DNA of 64,000 nt from a virus. The stretch is taken from IMG/VR virus record IMGVR_UViG_3300028800_000059, positions 113,319-177,318 of that record, one strand, 5' to 3'. Below are positions 35,910-45,027 of the stretch, one piece after another. The notes beneath the pieces were generated by a model. It had not been told where the DNA came from and made no database searches. It saw only the letters and a program-made list of their open reading frames with translations. The position numbers were made by a program, and so were the translations under genes. Within the stretch, counting starts at the first letter, position 1; every line of letters starts with the position of its first letter.

Positions 35910-36786
35910 AATTGATTACTTGATTTCCTTCGATTTGCAATTCTTCACCATCCGAAACAGTAAATGTTTCAGTATTGGCAATATCTAATTCATCAAAACT
36001 CGAAAGCAATCTAATTGTATTAGAAACACTACCGGAAACATTGATGCTTTCTTGGAATTCTCCTTTTGGAGGATATACAATAAGAGTATTGGTTGGGGCG
36101 TTCCAGCTTTTAACTTCGGCCGAAGCAAAGGAGGTATTCACGTTTGATCCTCCCTGATAAACAATTTCTCCCGAAATGTAATTACCACTACCTGCTGATA
36201 AATGCAGCGAAATAGCATAAGCCAATTCTTGCCGTACGGCATCGATATCGTCCACGCCTGTCTCCAATACTTCCTGAGAGTAACGAAAGGTTTCCACGGA
36301 TAATTCGTACACGTAGGATTCCTTGAAGGATTTGCCCAAGGTGCCAAAATTATATTCTTCATTGACGAATTTGATTTCGAACAATTTATCGAATACAGGA
36401 ATAAAAATGAGGTCGCCTTCTCTTGGAACTATAGCCAAATTTGTTGGCATTACTTTTTTGAATGTTCGGCGTGATATAATTAGGCTCGTGGAGTCTCGTA
36501 CCTCTAATCCAAATTTTGTGAAGAATTCTGAATCGCCAGTGAATCCATCCACTTTGTTAATATACATCGGCATCAGAAATGATCGCTTGAATTTCTTGAC
36601 TGGGTCTTCCCCAAATAATAAATCTACTTGATCTTGGCTTTCCCGCACAATATAATATACTGGCGCGGCGTGCATAATGATGACTTCTTCCAATAGGTCC
36701 TCGATCAATTCAGTTTCGTTTGATCGCCCAGCTTTAGGATAAAGGTCAAAATATTTGTTGAATAGTGGAGTCGCTTGTTGAGGCAT
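35875..36786 (-). CDS. gp14: neck protein
   Basis: E..LIEDL..E.I…YYIVRE…LFGEDP…MYI..VDGF.G…TKFGLE…PREGDLIFIP…LFEIKFV…NPFG. Confidence 0.94.
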   Translation of the reverse strand: MPQQATPLFNKYFDLYPKAGRSNETELIEDLLEEVIIMHAAPVYYIVRESQDQVDLLFGEDPVKKFKRSFLMPMYINKVDGFTGDSEFFTKFGLEVRDSTSLIISRRTFKKVMPTNLAIVPREGDLIFIPVFDKLFEIKFVNEEYNFGTLGKSFKESYVYELSVETFRYSQEVLETGVDDIDAVRQELAYAISLHLSAGSGNYISGEIVYQGGSNVNTSFASAEVKSWNAPTNTLIVYPPKGEFQESINVSGSVSNTIRLLSSFDELDIANTETFTVSDGEELQIEGNQVINFNEVNPFGSPD

Positions 36787-36789
36787 GTA

Positions 36790-37572
36790 TTACCCAACAA
36801 AAAATTCTGGTGGAAATTGAACTGCGTTTTCTATATGATCTTTGGCGGCCTGTTCTTCCCGTGTAGCCTCATCATAAATCTGTTGTCCGTTCATAGTGAC
36901 ACCACCAATCAAGGCCACGCCTGAGAACTTCTTTAGATTTTGTCCCCATTGTTTTTTGACCAGGGCGGTCGCCAAAGTTTTCAAGGCTCGGTCGTTATAT
37001 ACATCCAAAAAGGTATCCGGTGAAACTATCTGGGTGGCTTCGTATATGATAAACTGGCCTGATAATTGGGCGCCTGTTGCCGAATCGGACCAATCCATAT
37101 CAATGTATAGTCTGTTATTGTGTCTATTATACCGAACTGGTGCTTCTCCATTGAATAACATATCGAGCAAGCGTAAATGTGTCATTGTGGTCCAATAGTT
37201 GACTACCGAAGTTGTGGTAAAATCATATAGATCATTCAATCGAATTTGATAACGAATATCGAACATGTTTAACGTAGAATTTCCATCGGTTGGTGGAAAA
37301 ATTCTTGACACCCCAACTACTGAATCTGGAATTGGTATCCATTTGTTCGCCACGTCCGTATCCGTGAGTTGATATTTGTTATAGACTTTTTCGGTTGCGT
37401 CCACATGATAATCTTGGAACCATTGCATGGCATCATCTACACAATCTTCCAATTGCATATCATCAATATTGATTTTAATGACCGGCGCTCCACACTTTCT
37501 AAGACAATAATCCTTTAGGTCTTGTCTGGATGCAAGCGAGAAATAAAGTCCTGTATTTGCTGAATCTGCCAT
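36790..37572 (-). CDS. gp13: neck protein
   Basis: SRQDLKDYCLRK.GAPVIKINIDD.Q..DCVDDA.Q.F.DYH.D…KKQWGQNL.KF.GV.L.GGVT.NG. Confidence 0.95.
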   Translation of the reverse strand: MADSANTGLYFSLASRQDLKDYCLRKCGAPVIKINIDDMQLEDCVDDAMQWFQDYHVDATEKVYNKYQLTDTDVANKWIPIPDSVVGVSRIFPPTDGNSTLNMFDIRYQIRLNDLYDFTTTSVVNYWTTMTHLRLLDMLFNGEAPVRYNRHNNRLYIDMDWSDSATGAQLSGQFIIYEATQIVSPDTFLDVYNDRALKTLATALVKKQWGQNLKKFSGVALIGGVTMNGQQIYDEATREEQAAKDHIENAVQFPPEFFVG

Positions 37573-37579
37573 GATGTAG

Positions 37580-37587
37580 TATTTATA
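37580..37587 (-). promoter_or_regulatory. late promoter of gp13
   Basis: TATAAATA 7 nt before the ATG. Confidence 0.82.
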
Positions 37588-38827
37588 GTTCCAAATAAAA
37601 TACTAAAGCCTGAGTTATGTTGATTACTGGTACTGGATAGCCAAAATAAAGAACTTCATTGATTAATTTCCAGGCAGAGTTTTTTGATATATTGGTGACT
37701 AGGGCACCTGCCGGTCCTCTATTCGACCCTGCTAGTCCTCGACCATAACTGTATAATCTTGGATCGTTTGTGTAGGGAGTTGCTGGACTATAATCAACTA
37801 TTACCCAAACATCTTCCACAGTAGTTAGATTACCATCAGCGGCCTTTGTTACTCCAGCCTCCAACAAATCAAGATTAGAAGAGGCCGTTGTCCAAATACC
37901 ATCATCGAAATAAGCATCGGATGTGGTGGCTGTAATTGCTGTATTGGTTGTTGTTCCATTAATACGCCGTAAGATAGATGGGTTGCCAGAAGTAGCCCTT
38001 TTTATTATTACGGCAGTTTTACAGGCATTAATGGTATCTATATTACGGATAACTTCGGTGCCGTGACCGGTTTGAATAATAGAAAACGGATTAATGACCA
38101 TACTCTGCGAAGAACCGCTTGTAGAACTAGTGCAATTAGAAGTAGCAACAAATGGAGTGTCTGACCAAAGAGTATAGGCTGTTGTGCCTGTTGATTTAGT
38201 CCAGGCATCATAGGTTGGAGTTCCTATTCGGCCTTGTCGAGCTAATATTTTACCTGATGCGACAAATGTTGTTGTACCGGTATCAATACGAACATCGTCA
38301 TAATATAGATTAGAATTTGAAACTACGAAATTGGCAGCGCGCCATTGATCTGTGGGGGAACCAGTAACATCGTTTGAATGTGTAGTGTTGACAATGTTTA
38401 CACCATCAAGATAAAATTGAACTACGCCGCCTGCTGCCAAATCAAATACATAGTTAATTGTATACCATTGATTAGGATTTAATATGTTACTAGGAATTTG
38501 CGTGGACATACCAATAGTTCCACCAGCATCAGATATATTTAAGACGCCAGTGGTTCTGAGAACTGCTTGAAGTCGAGAACTGCCTGACGTAGGAGCCTCT
38601 GAAAAGAAAGCCACGTCATTAGTAGGTAAGGCATCAAAGAAAAATCGAATTCGTGTTGATGATTGTGTAGCAGCAAGTCCCTTTACAAAGGTTGTGCGGC
38701 CTTGATTTGACGCGATTTTAAGAGCATAATTACCACTAGATACTATGGTACTTTGAATAGTTCCAGTAAGTGTATTTACTTCGCTGCCATCACCGGTTTC
38801 GAATCCACAAATATATGCTACAGCCAT
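37583..38827 (-). CDS. putative virion protein with a LamG/concanavalin-like domain
   Basis: GFETGD…NQWYTINY…VQFYLDG…LYYDDVRI; T/S/N-rich composition. Confidence 0.65.
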   Translation of the reverse strand: MAVAYICGFETGDGSEVNTLTGTIQSTIVSSGNYALKIASNQGRTTFVKGLAATQSSTRIRFFFDALPTNDVAFFSEAPTSGSSRLQAVLRTTGVLNISDAGGTIGMSTQIPSNILNPNQWYTINYVFDLAAGGVVQFYLDGVNIVNTTHSNDVTGSPTDQWRAANFVVSNSNLYYDDVRIDTGTTTFVASGKILARQGRIGTPTYDAWTKSTGTTAYTLWSDTPFVATSNCTSSTSGSSQSMVINPFSIIQTGHGTEVIRNIDTINACKTAVIIKRATSGNPSILRRINGTTTNTAITATTSDAYFDDGIWTTASSNLDLLEAGVTKAADGNLTTVEDVWVIVDYSPATPYTNDPRLYSYGRGLAGSNRGPAGALVTNISKNSAWKLINEVLYFGYPVPVINITQALVFYLEL

Positions 38828-39097
38828 TTACTGTTGCCACCAATTAGGATCAAGAGGTGAATTGCTAATACAAATAAATCCCTGTAATGGAACAACTGAA
38901 ATTAAATGTATTCCAACATACTCTGCACCCTGTAGTTTGGTCTGAATAAAAGTTGTGGCCACATTTTCTAATTGCGCTGGTGTCATTAGTTTCTGCGCTG
39001 GCGTTAAATCATTGCTTGTAATTGTATGACTCGCGCCGTTGGTTGTCACAACAGTAAATCCATCAGTTAAAGAAATTATAGAACGAACAAGAGGCAT
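38828..39097 (-). CDS. hypothetical protein
   Basis: 89-aa ORF tightly packed in the fibre cluster. Confidence 0.6.
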   Translation of the reverse strand: MPLVRSIISLTDGFTVVTTNGASHTITSNDLTPAQKLMTPAQLENVATTFIQTKLQGAEYVGIHLISVVPLQGFICISNSPLDPNWWQQ

Positions 39098-39098
39098 A

Positions 39099-39905
39099 TT
39101 ACAAACTACTCACTTCAATTTGAAGGTTTGGCACTCCGCTGCCTGTACCATCGGCAGCTACAGTCATAAAGAGTGCTGAATTGGCATAAACTATAGGAAG
39201 TCCAGTTTTATCCAGTCCATGAACATCCGCCTCATGGTTAAATCTACAACGGCCTTGCCAGAGAGGTCGGAGGATCAGAACATTGAAAGTTCCTTGTGTT
39301 GCTACTGTTGATTGAATTGATTGTATAGATGATACTCCGTTATCTCCAGCTTGTAGTGGCATCCTAAACATTCGGCCAAGAGTGGGGGCAATTCCTGTTG
39401 CAATCACGCCAGTCTGTTGGCCGGCTACGCCTAGATCATTAGTATAACCAATATTACAGGATTGCAAACCAGTAAAGGCAGTTACGGTTTCTAACCAGAT
39501 TTGATTTCCTCGGCCAAAAGTATTAGGCGCGCTATAATCTGGCATTCGGCCTTCAAATGAAGGAGGACTAGTAATTGTATTGGATGTGGCGGCGTTGTAG
39601 GCCCCGGCCTTCCAAAGCATATCATAAAGATAAATTCTTCCAGAAACAGAAGAATTAAAATCTACAAGAGAAATATATCCAGTGGCTCTTGCACCAAATG
39701 GATCAATAGCTGGTGTTCCTGCTGTAGTATCATCAGGTACTACTCCAGCACTAGTATTCGACCCGGCTAAAGTACCAGGACCAGTACCAGCAAGATCAAT
39801 TAATGAAAATTGGATGCTCGCAACGGTAGTTCTTGCACCAGACTTAAAAAAATTGATTGATTGTTTTTGGGCATTAATATAATCACCAGTAGAAGTAATA
39901 GTCAT
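39099..39905 (-). CDS. putative virion structural protein, paralogue A
   Basis: colinear with 39918..40730 (YLYDM.WK.G.Y, GNQIWLETVTAFTGLQ, RMFRMPL.AGDNGVS, LRPLWQGR). Confidence 0.7.
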   Translation of the reverse strand: MTITSTGDYINAQKQSINFFKSGARTTVASIQFSLIDLAGTGPGTLAGSNTSAGVVPDDTTAGTPAIDPFGARATGYISLVDFNSSVSGRIYLYDMLWKAGAYNAATSNTITSPPSFEGRMPDYSAPNTFGRGNQIWLETVTAFTGLQSCNIGYTNDLGVAGQQTGVIATGIAPTLGRMFRMPLQAGDNGVSSIQSIQSTVATQGTFNVLILRPLWQGRCRFNHEADVHGLDKTGLPIVYANSALFMTVAADGTGSGVPNLQIEVSSL

Positions 39906-39917
39906 ATAGAAAGTCCT

Positions 39918-40730
39918 TTATTTATTTGCAAATTCTATTTGTAATTCTGGCACGCCACTGGAAGTCGAATCGGTTGATGTTGTGACAAATAATGCAGAAT
40001 TAGCATATACAATTGGAAGTCCGGTCTTATCAATGCCATGACAATCCCCACCATTAACAACAATAATTCTTCCTTGCCACAATGGCCGTAGAACCAAGAC
40101 ATTAAAGGTTCCTATTGTAGAAACATAACTTCTAACTGCTGTAATGTTAGAAACTCCGTTATCTCCAGCGGCCAATGGCATCCTAAACATACGATTAATA
40201 CCAGGTGCTACGCCTGTTGCTACGTTTCCTGTAAACTGTCCAGCCGTTCCTTGAGCATTAGTATAACTGATGTTGGCAGTTTGCAAACCAGTAAAGGCTG
40301 TAACAGTTTCTAACCAGATTTGATTTCCCATACCATATGCTAATGGGGTCGAAGGATTAAAATCTGGCATTCGGCCTGAATACGATGGTGGATTAACTGT
40401 TACAACAGAGTTGAAATTATAAGGTCCACCTTTCCAGACCATATCATAAAGATAAAGTCGGCCGGCTACTGTGGAAGCAAAATCAACCGTAGAAAGATAT
40501 CCAGTTGATCCTGTATTGAAAGAGTAAATATTTGGAGTACCTGCCGTATTCGCATCAGGAATTACACCAATCGAGGTATTGGAACCACCAAGCACGCCGC
40601 TACCCGGGCTACCCAAAAGATTGAATAAAGAAAATTGAATGCCGGCTACAGTTGTTATGCTATTGCTTTTAAAATAAGTAAGAACTTGTTTTGTGGATGC
40701 AATATAATCGTCAAGAGAGGCAATCGTCAT
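39918..40730 (-). CDS. putative virion structural protein, paralogue B
   Basis: tandem paralogue of 39099..39905. Confidence 0.7.
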   Translation of the reverse strand: MTIASLDDYIASTKQVLTYFKSNSITTVAGIQFSLFNLLGSPGSGVLGGSNTSIGVIPDANTAGTPNIYSFNTGSTGYLSTVDFASTVAGRLYLYDMVWKGGPYNFNSVVTVNPPSYSGRMPDFNPSTPLAYGMGNQIWLETVTAFTGLQTANISYTNAQGTAGQFTGNVATGVAPGINRMFRMPLAAGDNGVSNITAVRSYVSTIGTFNVLVLRPLWQGRIIVVNGGDCHGIDKTGLPIVYANSALFVTTSTDSTSSGVPELQIEFANK

Positions 40731-40742
40731 TTCGTTTTCCTT

Positions 40743-41333
40743 TTATACTAATAATAAGTTTAGAGTAATATTTAATTGGGTTGGAGATAATAATACTGAA
40801 GAAAGATTCACAGCAATAGAATTACCAGTGGCAATAGTATTGGCGCCAGTAGCAATATTAATAGTTGGGGTTGAACTAACAGCAATGGCACTTAGATTTG
40901 ATACGGCCGCGCCATTAATCCAAATATTTGCAGAGCAGGTTCCATTTGCTGTGAAACAATTTGCTGAAACAATTTGGGCATTCTTCGGTGCCGCTCCCAT
41001 AAAATAATATAATCCACCTACAGGATTTAATAAACACATATGAAGTGCCGCGGGTATTCCTATCACGTTTGTTGCATTGACCACGTTTACATAAACATTG
41101 CCGCTTCCATCGCGTTCAACGCCGGTGCTTGCACTATTGGCAACCGAAAAAGTGGCGTTGCCAGCAGCCGAAGAATTGGCTGTGAGTACCCACATGATGG
41201 TATTTGAATCGTCTTTGAAATATAATTTACCGTCATGTTGATTCATGGCGATCTGACCATTGGCTACTTGGCCAAGGGTTGGACCGCGTCCAGCAGTAAT
41301 TGTTCGTAAATCTTGAATTACAGTATTAGCCAT
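40743..41333 (-). CDS. tail-fibre-associated protein
   Basis: N-terminal PTLGQVANGQIAMNQHDGKLYFKD, similar to T4-like fibre attachment segments. Confidence 0.6.
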   Translation of the reverse strand: MANTVIQDLRTITAGRGPTLGQVANGQIAMNQHDGKLYFKDDSNTIMWVLTANSSAAGNATFSVANSASTGVERDGSGNVYVNVVNATNVIGIPAALHMCLLNPVGGLYYFMGAAPKNAQIVSANCFTANGTCSANIWINGAAVSNLSAIAVSSTPTINIATGANTIATGNSIAVNLSSVLLSPTQLNITLNLLLV

Positions 41334-41340
41334 TTTTCAC

Positions 41341-42099
41341 TTAATCGAATTTTTCTGCTAATACTGGATTTGGTATTTTTTCAGATTTAGCAAACAATCC
41401 TTTTTTCTTTTTCGTTGGCAAAGAGGCCTTTAATGCTTCTTGCACAGTAATATAATCTGCCGCGGCCTTAATTAGTTGCTGATCTTTTGCTTGAATATCT
41501 AGTGTCAATATTTCATTTTTATTTTGTGCATCAATAAGATTGGATTGAAGAATTTTAACCTGTGCTTCCAAATTAATGATATTGTCGGCACTGTCTTGAC
41601 GTTCTTTATTATTTCTTCGAATTTCATTTTCAAGTTCGGTGATCTTGTTTCCAAATTGAGTTTCTAAGGTTGTTTTTTCCTGATTATTCCGACGGATTTC
41701 ATTTTCAAGTTCGGTGATCTTGTTTCCATTTTGAGTTTCTATATGCGAAATTCTTTCTTCGTGTTGTCTTTTTAATTTTCCAAGATCATGTTTATAATTA
41801 TCGCTGGCATTTGTTTTATTTTTTTCTGTGGTTTGCTGAAATTCTTCTATTTTTTGCACAGCCGATTTCAAGGCATTATTCAAACCATCATTTTGTGTTT
41901 TGAAATGAAGAATTGTTTTTTCAAATACTTTTTGGTTGACTTCTTGAATAAGAAGTTCATGTGTCAATCCAGTAATTCTATTTTTTAAGGACTCGACATA
42001 TGTATTCAAATAATCTCTTTGAATATCATTTGTATTAATGGTAGTAATAGGTTGATCTTCGGCTGACGTAGTAGCGGGTGCAAAATCGTCGTCACTCAT
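41341..42099 (-). CDS. coiled-coil protein with an internal tandem repeat
   Basis: heptad-like E/K/Q/L composition; GNKITELENEIRRNN occurs twice; late promoter TATAAATA at 42143-42150. Confidence 0.7.
   Translation of the reverse strand: MSDDDFAPATTSAEDQPITTINTNDIQRDYLNTYVESLKNRITGLTHELLIQEVNQKVFEKTILHFKTQNDGLNNALKSAVQKIEEFQQTTEKNKTNASDNYKHDLGKLKRQHEERISHIETQNGNKITELENEIRRNNQEKTTLETQFGNKITELENEIRRNNKERQDSADNIINLEAQVKILQSNLIDAQNKNEILTLDIQAKDQQLIKAAADYITVQEALKASLPTKKKKGLFAKSEKIPNPVLAEKFD
41621..41728. repeat. 33-bp perfect direct repeat with a 75-nt period
   Basis: ATTTCATTTTCAAGTTCGGTGATCTTGTTTCCA at 41621-41653 and 41696-41728. Confidence 0.9.
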
Positions 42100-42159
42100 T
42101 GTTCAAATATCCTTCTTTATAATCTAGAGTTTAATAATGTAATATTTATATCGGATTTA

Positions 42160-43947
42160 TTAGAACGTCCCACAATCAACCATGCCGAAGGCTGGATTTC
42201 CATTAACGTCTATTTGGAATAATGTTCCTTGTGCACCAAGTTGGGCTTCAACAAAGGCGGCTGTTGTGCTACCCAATAGAATTGTGTTAGAACCAAATGT
42301 CTGTTTACCAGTACCGCCTTGACCAACACCAAGTCCCGAATCAAATATCACGTTACCAGTGGCGCGTAGTGTGCCTGATACATGTAATGTGGAGGTTGGA
42401 GCGATGATGTTGATACCGACGTTACCAGCAGGATCAATACGGACACGTTCTAGCGCGACGTTGGCTGCCAATGCACTTGTTAAGAAGCGAATATAAGTGC
42501 CCTTGTTTACATCGGTGAATGCCTGAGCCGCAGCAAATTCAATGGCTGCCAGAGTGTTTGCATCATATGTAGTTGTACCAAATCCAAATCCTCGAATAGA
42601 CAAAAGTTTATCGTCGGTTGCGAGAGCCAGAGGAATTGCAATATTACCGTCGGCACGTCTTGCGCTAATTACTGGTGCGCCAGCAAACCCATCAATTAAC
42701 ATGCCAGCCTGTGAACCATTTTGTCCAATGATATGGACGTTAGTGTTGGTTGAAGTAAGAGGACCTGTACCAGTGTTTGGTACGGCAACAGAATTTGTGT
42801 TGGCATCAACAGTAAATAGTGCATCCATTAAGTTGGTGCCTACACCAACTCGTCCACCTATGTTATCGACAACTAGAAGCGATGCCGTTCCTAAGCTGAC
42901 GTTAGATAGAGATTGGAATATACCATTAGATAGGAATGTTCCTTTGGTGTTTGCAATTTCAGTGGAGATGCCGCGAGTAGTAAATGTAATTTCCCCACCT
43001 TGCGAACGGAAGAATCCTACGTTTGCTTCGTTAGTAAAGGTGAAAGATGGTGCCGCTAAGTTTCCGTCGGCAACAAACAATCTACCCCATTGAGAATCGC
43101 CATCGGTGCCTGCCCATACGCCAGCAGCATTACCGGCATCCGGAAGAAACTTAAATCTATGTGTGGTATTGGACCAACCAAAGAAACCTGTGTTTTGTGT
43201 GTTGGCTTGTTGACCACCAAAGCCACCGTTGTACCACATGAAGGCAATACCGCGATCAAATCCATCGTTAGTTGCCAAATTAGCACTTGGACCAGCACCC
43301 AATGTAAGAATTGGGTCCTCAACAGTAACAGTGTTTGCATTAACTGTTATGAAGGCTCCAGCAACAGTCAAATTACCATTAAGAGTTATGTCCGACGTGA
43401 ATGTTTTTGCTCCGCCAATTGTTTGCACGCCTGTTGTTCTAACAACGGTTGAGTCAACGTTAAGAGTGCCGCCATTGGCAGTGCTGAGCCCGTCACCCAC
43501 GTTAATAGAAATAGTGGCTGCCGAGCCTAATCCAATAGCCGCAAGATTGGTGCTAAGGCCAGTGCCTGTATTAATTTGAATTGTAGAATTTTGAAGTTTG
43601 GCGTTGGTTACGGAACCATCAGACAGAGTGATTGTTCCTGTTACGTTACCAAAAATAACATTGAAGCTGGCCGAACCATTTGCGTCACGTCTGACGATTC
43701 TTCCAGCAGTCGCCGCATCAGTGGCATTATCTAATTGTAAAGTATAGAAACGGCCGCCGACATTGATGGCAGAGTTGCCAGCCGAGGCACCAGAGACACC
43801 AAATTGCGGTCCTAAGAAAAGAACATCTGAGCCGGTGCCGTGGGCATTCGAACCATAAGAATAGGCTAATTCAGCGACGTTTAATGTATTGGCGCCTGGA
43901 ACGCCTGTGGTATTAGAACGACGGATGGATACAACAGTATTAGACAT
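42160..43947 (-). CDS. tail fibre-like protein
   Basis: IRRSNTTGVP…L..AELAYSYG N-terminus; TVNANTVTVEDPILTLG; GNVGIN..APTSTLHVSG repeats; DCGTF end. Confidence 0.75.
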   Translation of the reverse strand: MSNTVVSIRRSNTTGVPGANTLNVAELAYSYGSNAHGTGSDVLFLGPQFGVSGASAGNSAINVGGRFYTLQLDNATDAATAGRIVRRDANGSASFNVIFGNVTGTITLSDGSVTNAKLQNSTIQINTGTGLSTNLAAIGLGSAATISINVGDGLSTANGGTLNVDSTVVRTTGVQTIGGAKTFTSDITLNGNLTVAGAFITVNANTVTVEDPILTLGAGPSANLATNDGFDRGIAFMWYNGGFGGQQANTQNTGFFGWSNTTHRFKFLPDAGNAAGVWAGTDGDSQWGRLFVADGNLAAPSFTFTNEANVGFFRSQGGEITFTTRGISTEIANTKGTFLSNGIFQSLSNVSLGTASLLVVDNIGGRVGVGTNLMDALFTVDANTNSVAVPNTGTGPLTSTNTNVHIIGQNGSQAGMLIDGFAGAPVISARRADGNIAIPLALATDDKLLSIRGFGFGTTTYDANTLAAIEFAAAQAFTDVNKGTYIRFLTSALAANVALERVRIDPAGNVGINIIAPTSTLHVSGTLRATGNVIFDSGLGVGQGGTGKQTFGSNTILLGSTTAAFVEAQLGAQGTLFQIDVNGNPAFGMVDCGTF

Positions 43948-43967
43948 TTTTTATTATTCCTTTTTTT

Positions 43968-44012
43968 TTAGAAGGTTCCGCCGTTTATTGATTGTTCGGC
44001 TGTGTATTTAGC
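43968..44012 (-). pseudogene. orphaned duplicate of the last 14 codons + stop of the 44425..44667 gene
   Basis: reads AKYTAEQSINGGTF* versus AKYTAEDMINGGTF* at 44425-44469. Confidence 0.85.
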
Positions 44013-44019
44013 CTAAATA
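44005..44019. promoter_or_regulatory. back-to-back divergent late-promoter variants
   Basis: perfect inverted repeat TATTTAG-C-CTAAATA; CTAAATA is the variant found before several late genes here. Confidence 0.55.
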
Positions 44020-44027
44020 AATCCTCA

Positions 44028-44444
44028 ATGTCTGTATTTCATATTCACCATATCATACCCAAACATCGTTGGAAAGAATTACATGGTTCTCTTGAAGGCA
44101 TAAATGTACCATGGAACATTATTAGACTTACTGTTCCTGAACACGCCGAATATCATAGAAGATTATGGGAGGAATGGGGTAGATGGCAGGATGAACTAGC
44201 ATGGAAAACTCTTACTGGACAAATTACAAACGCTGAGTCTATTAAAGAGGCACAGAGACGAGGCCAATTAGGAAAACCTAAATCAGAAGAGACTAAAAAA
44301 AGAATGAGTATAGCTTTAACAAATCCATCCGAAGAAACTCGTAGCAAAATGAGAGACGCTAAAAGAAATTATGTGCCGTGGAATAAAGGGAAAAAAACAA
44401 ATTTAATTCCTTGGAATAAAGGAATTAAAACGTCCCTCCGTTAA
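44028..44444 (+). mobile_element. HNH homing endonuclease (paralogue of 35313..35909), antisense insertion
   Basis: HIHHIIPKHRW…NIIRLTVPEHAEYH; GKPKSEETKKRMS; PWNKG twice; start placed at the ATG at 44028. Confidence 0.82.
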
Positions 44445-44667
44445 TCATGTCTTCTGCCGTATACTTTGCTGTGTTGGCATCGTAAATTATAGGCGACCCA
44501 TCTTCTACGGCCGACACATCAACATCTGTCAAGTCAGAAAATTTTGTGGCTCCAGCACCAGAACTGCTGCCACCTCCAGGAAATGAAACTCCAACTGTAG
44601 GAGCCGATCCTGATTGAACAGTGGCATTTGTAAGGCCCTTGGTTATTACGGTGACTTTGATTCCCAT
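44425..44667 (-). CDS. small virion-associated protein
   Basis: FSDLTDVDVSAVEDGSPIIYD…INGGTF end; CTAAATA late promoter 8 nt upstream. Confidence 0.7.
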   Translation of the reverse strand: MGIKVTVITKGLTNATVQSGSAPTVGVSFPGGGSSSGAGATKFSDLTDVDVSAVEDGSPIIYDANTAKYTAEDMINGGTF

Positions 44668-44678
44668 GATAAGGGTAT

Positions 44679-45017
44679 TTAGACTGTCACTTGGCCGTCG
44701 TTGGTAATAATACCTTCAATCACTCGGGTTTTAATATTGGCCGGTGAATTTAATTTCACATCGAAATAATATCGTCCTGGTTTAATATTTGCGGAATTAG
44801 CTGACGTGAGCGCCATCTGTAAATTTCCATTTGGAGCATCACTAAAGGAACATTGAAAATAGAAACTGGCATTGGCCTGGGCAATAGATGCTTTGGCGGC
44901 TGAATTGGCTGTGTAACCAACCAAATTCATAGGATTGCCTGTAGCATCATCTGTTAGAACAATGCTTGCATTAAAATCTGTTCCTTGATCTAATAGGAGT
45001 TCTACCCAACCTGCCAT
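44679..45017 (-). CDS. conserved virion structural protein (DQGTDF family)
   Basis: ELLLDQGTDF…NL.GYT…IKPGRYYFDV…TRVIEGII. Confidence 0.75.
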   Translation of the reverse strand: MAGWVELLLDQGTDFNASIVLTDDATGNPMNLVGYTANSAAKASIAQANASFYFQCSFSDAPNGNLQMALTSANSANIKPGRYYFDVKLNSPANIKTRVIEGIITNDGQVTV

Positions 45018-45027
45018 AATATATTAT

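Noticed and set aside
41621-41728. CRISPR-like repeat-spacer (33-bp repeat, 42-nt gap)
   Set aside because: Only two copies, in frame within a coding coiled coil, and the gap sequences are themselves similar.
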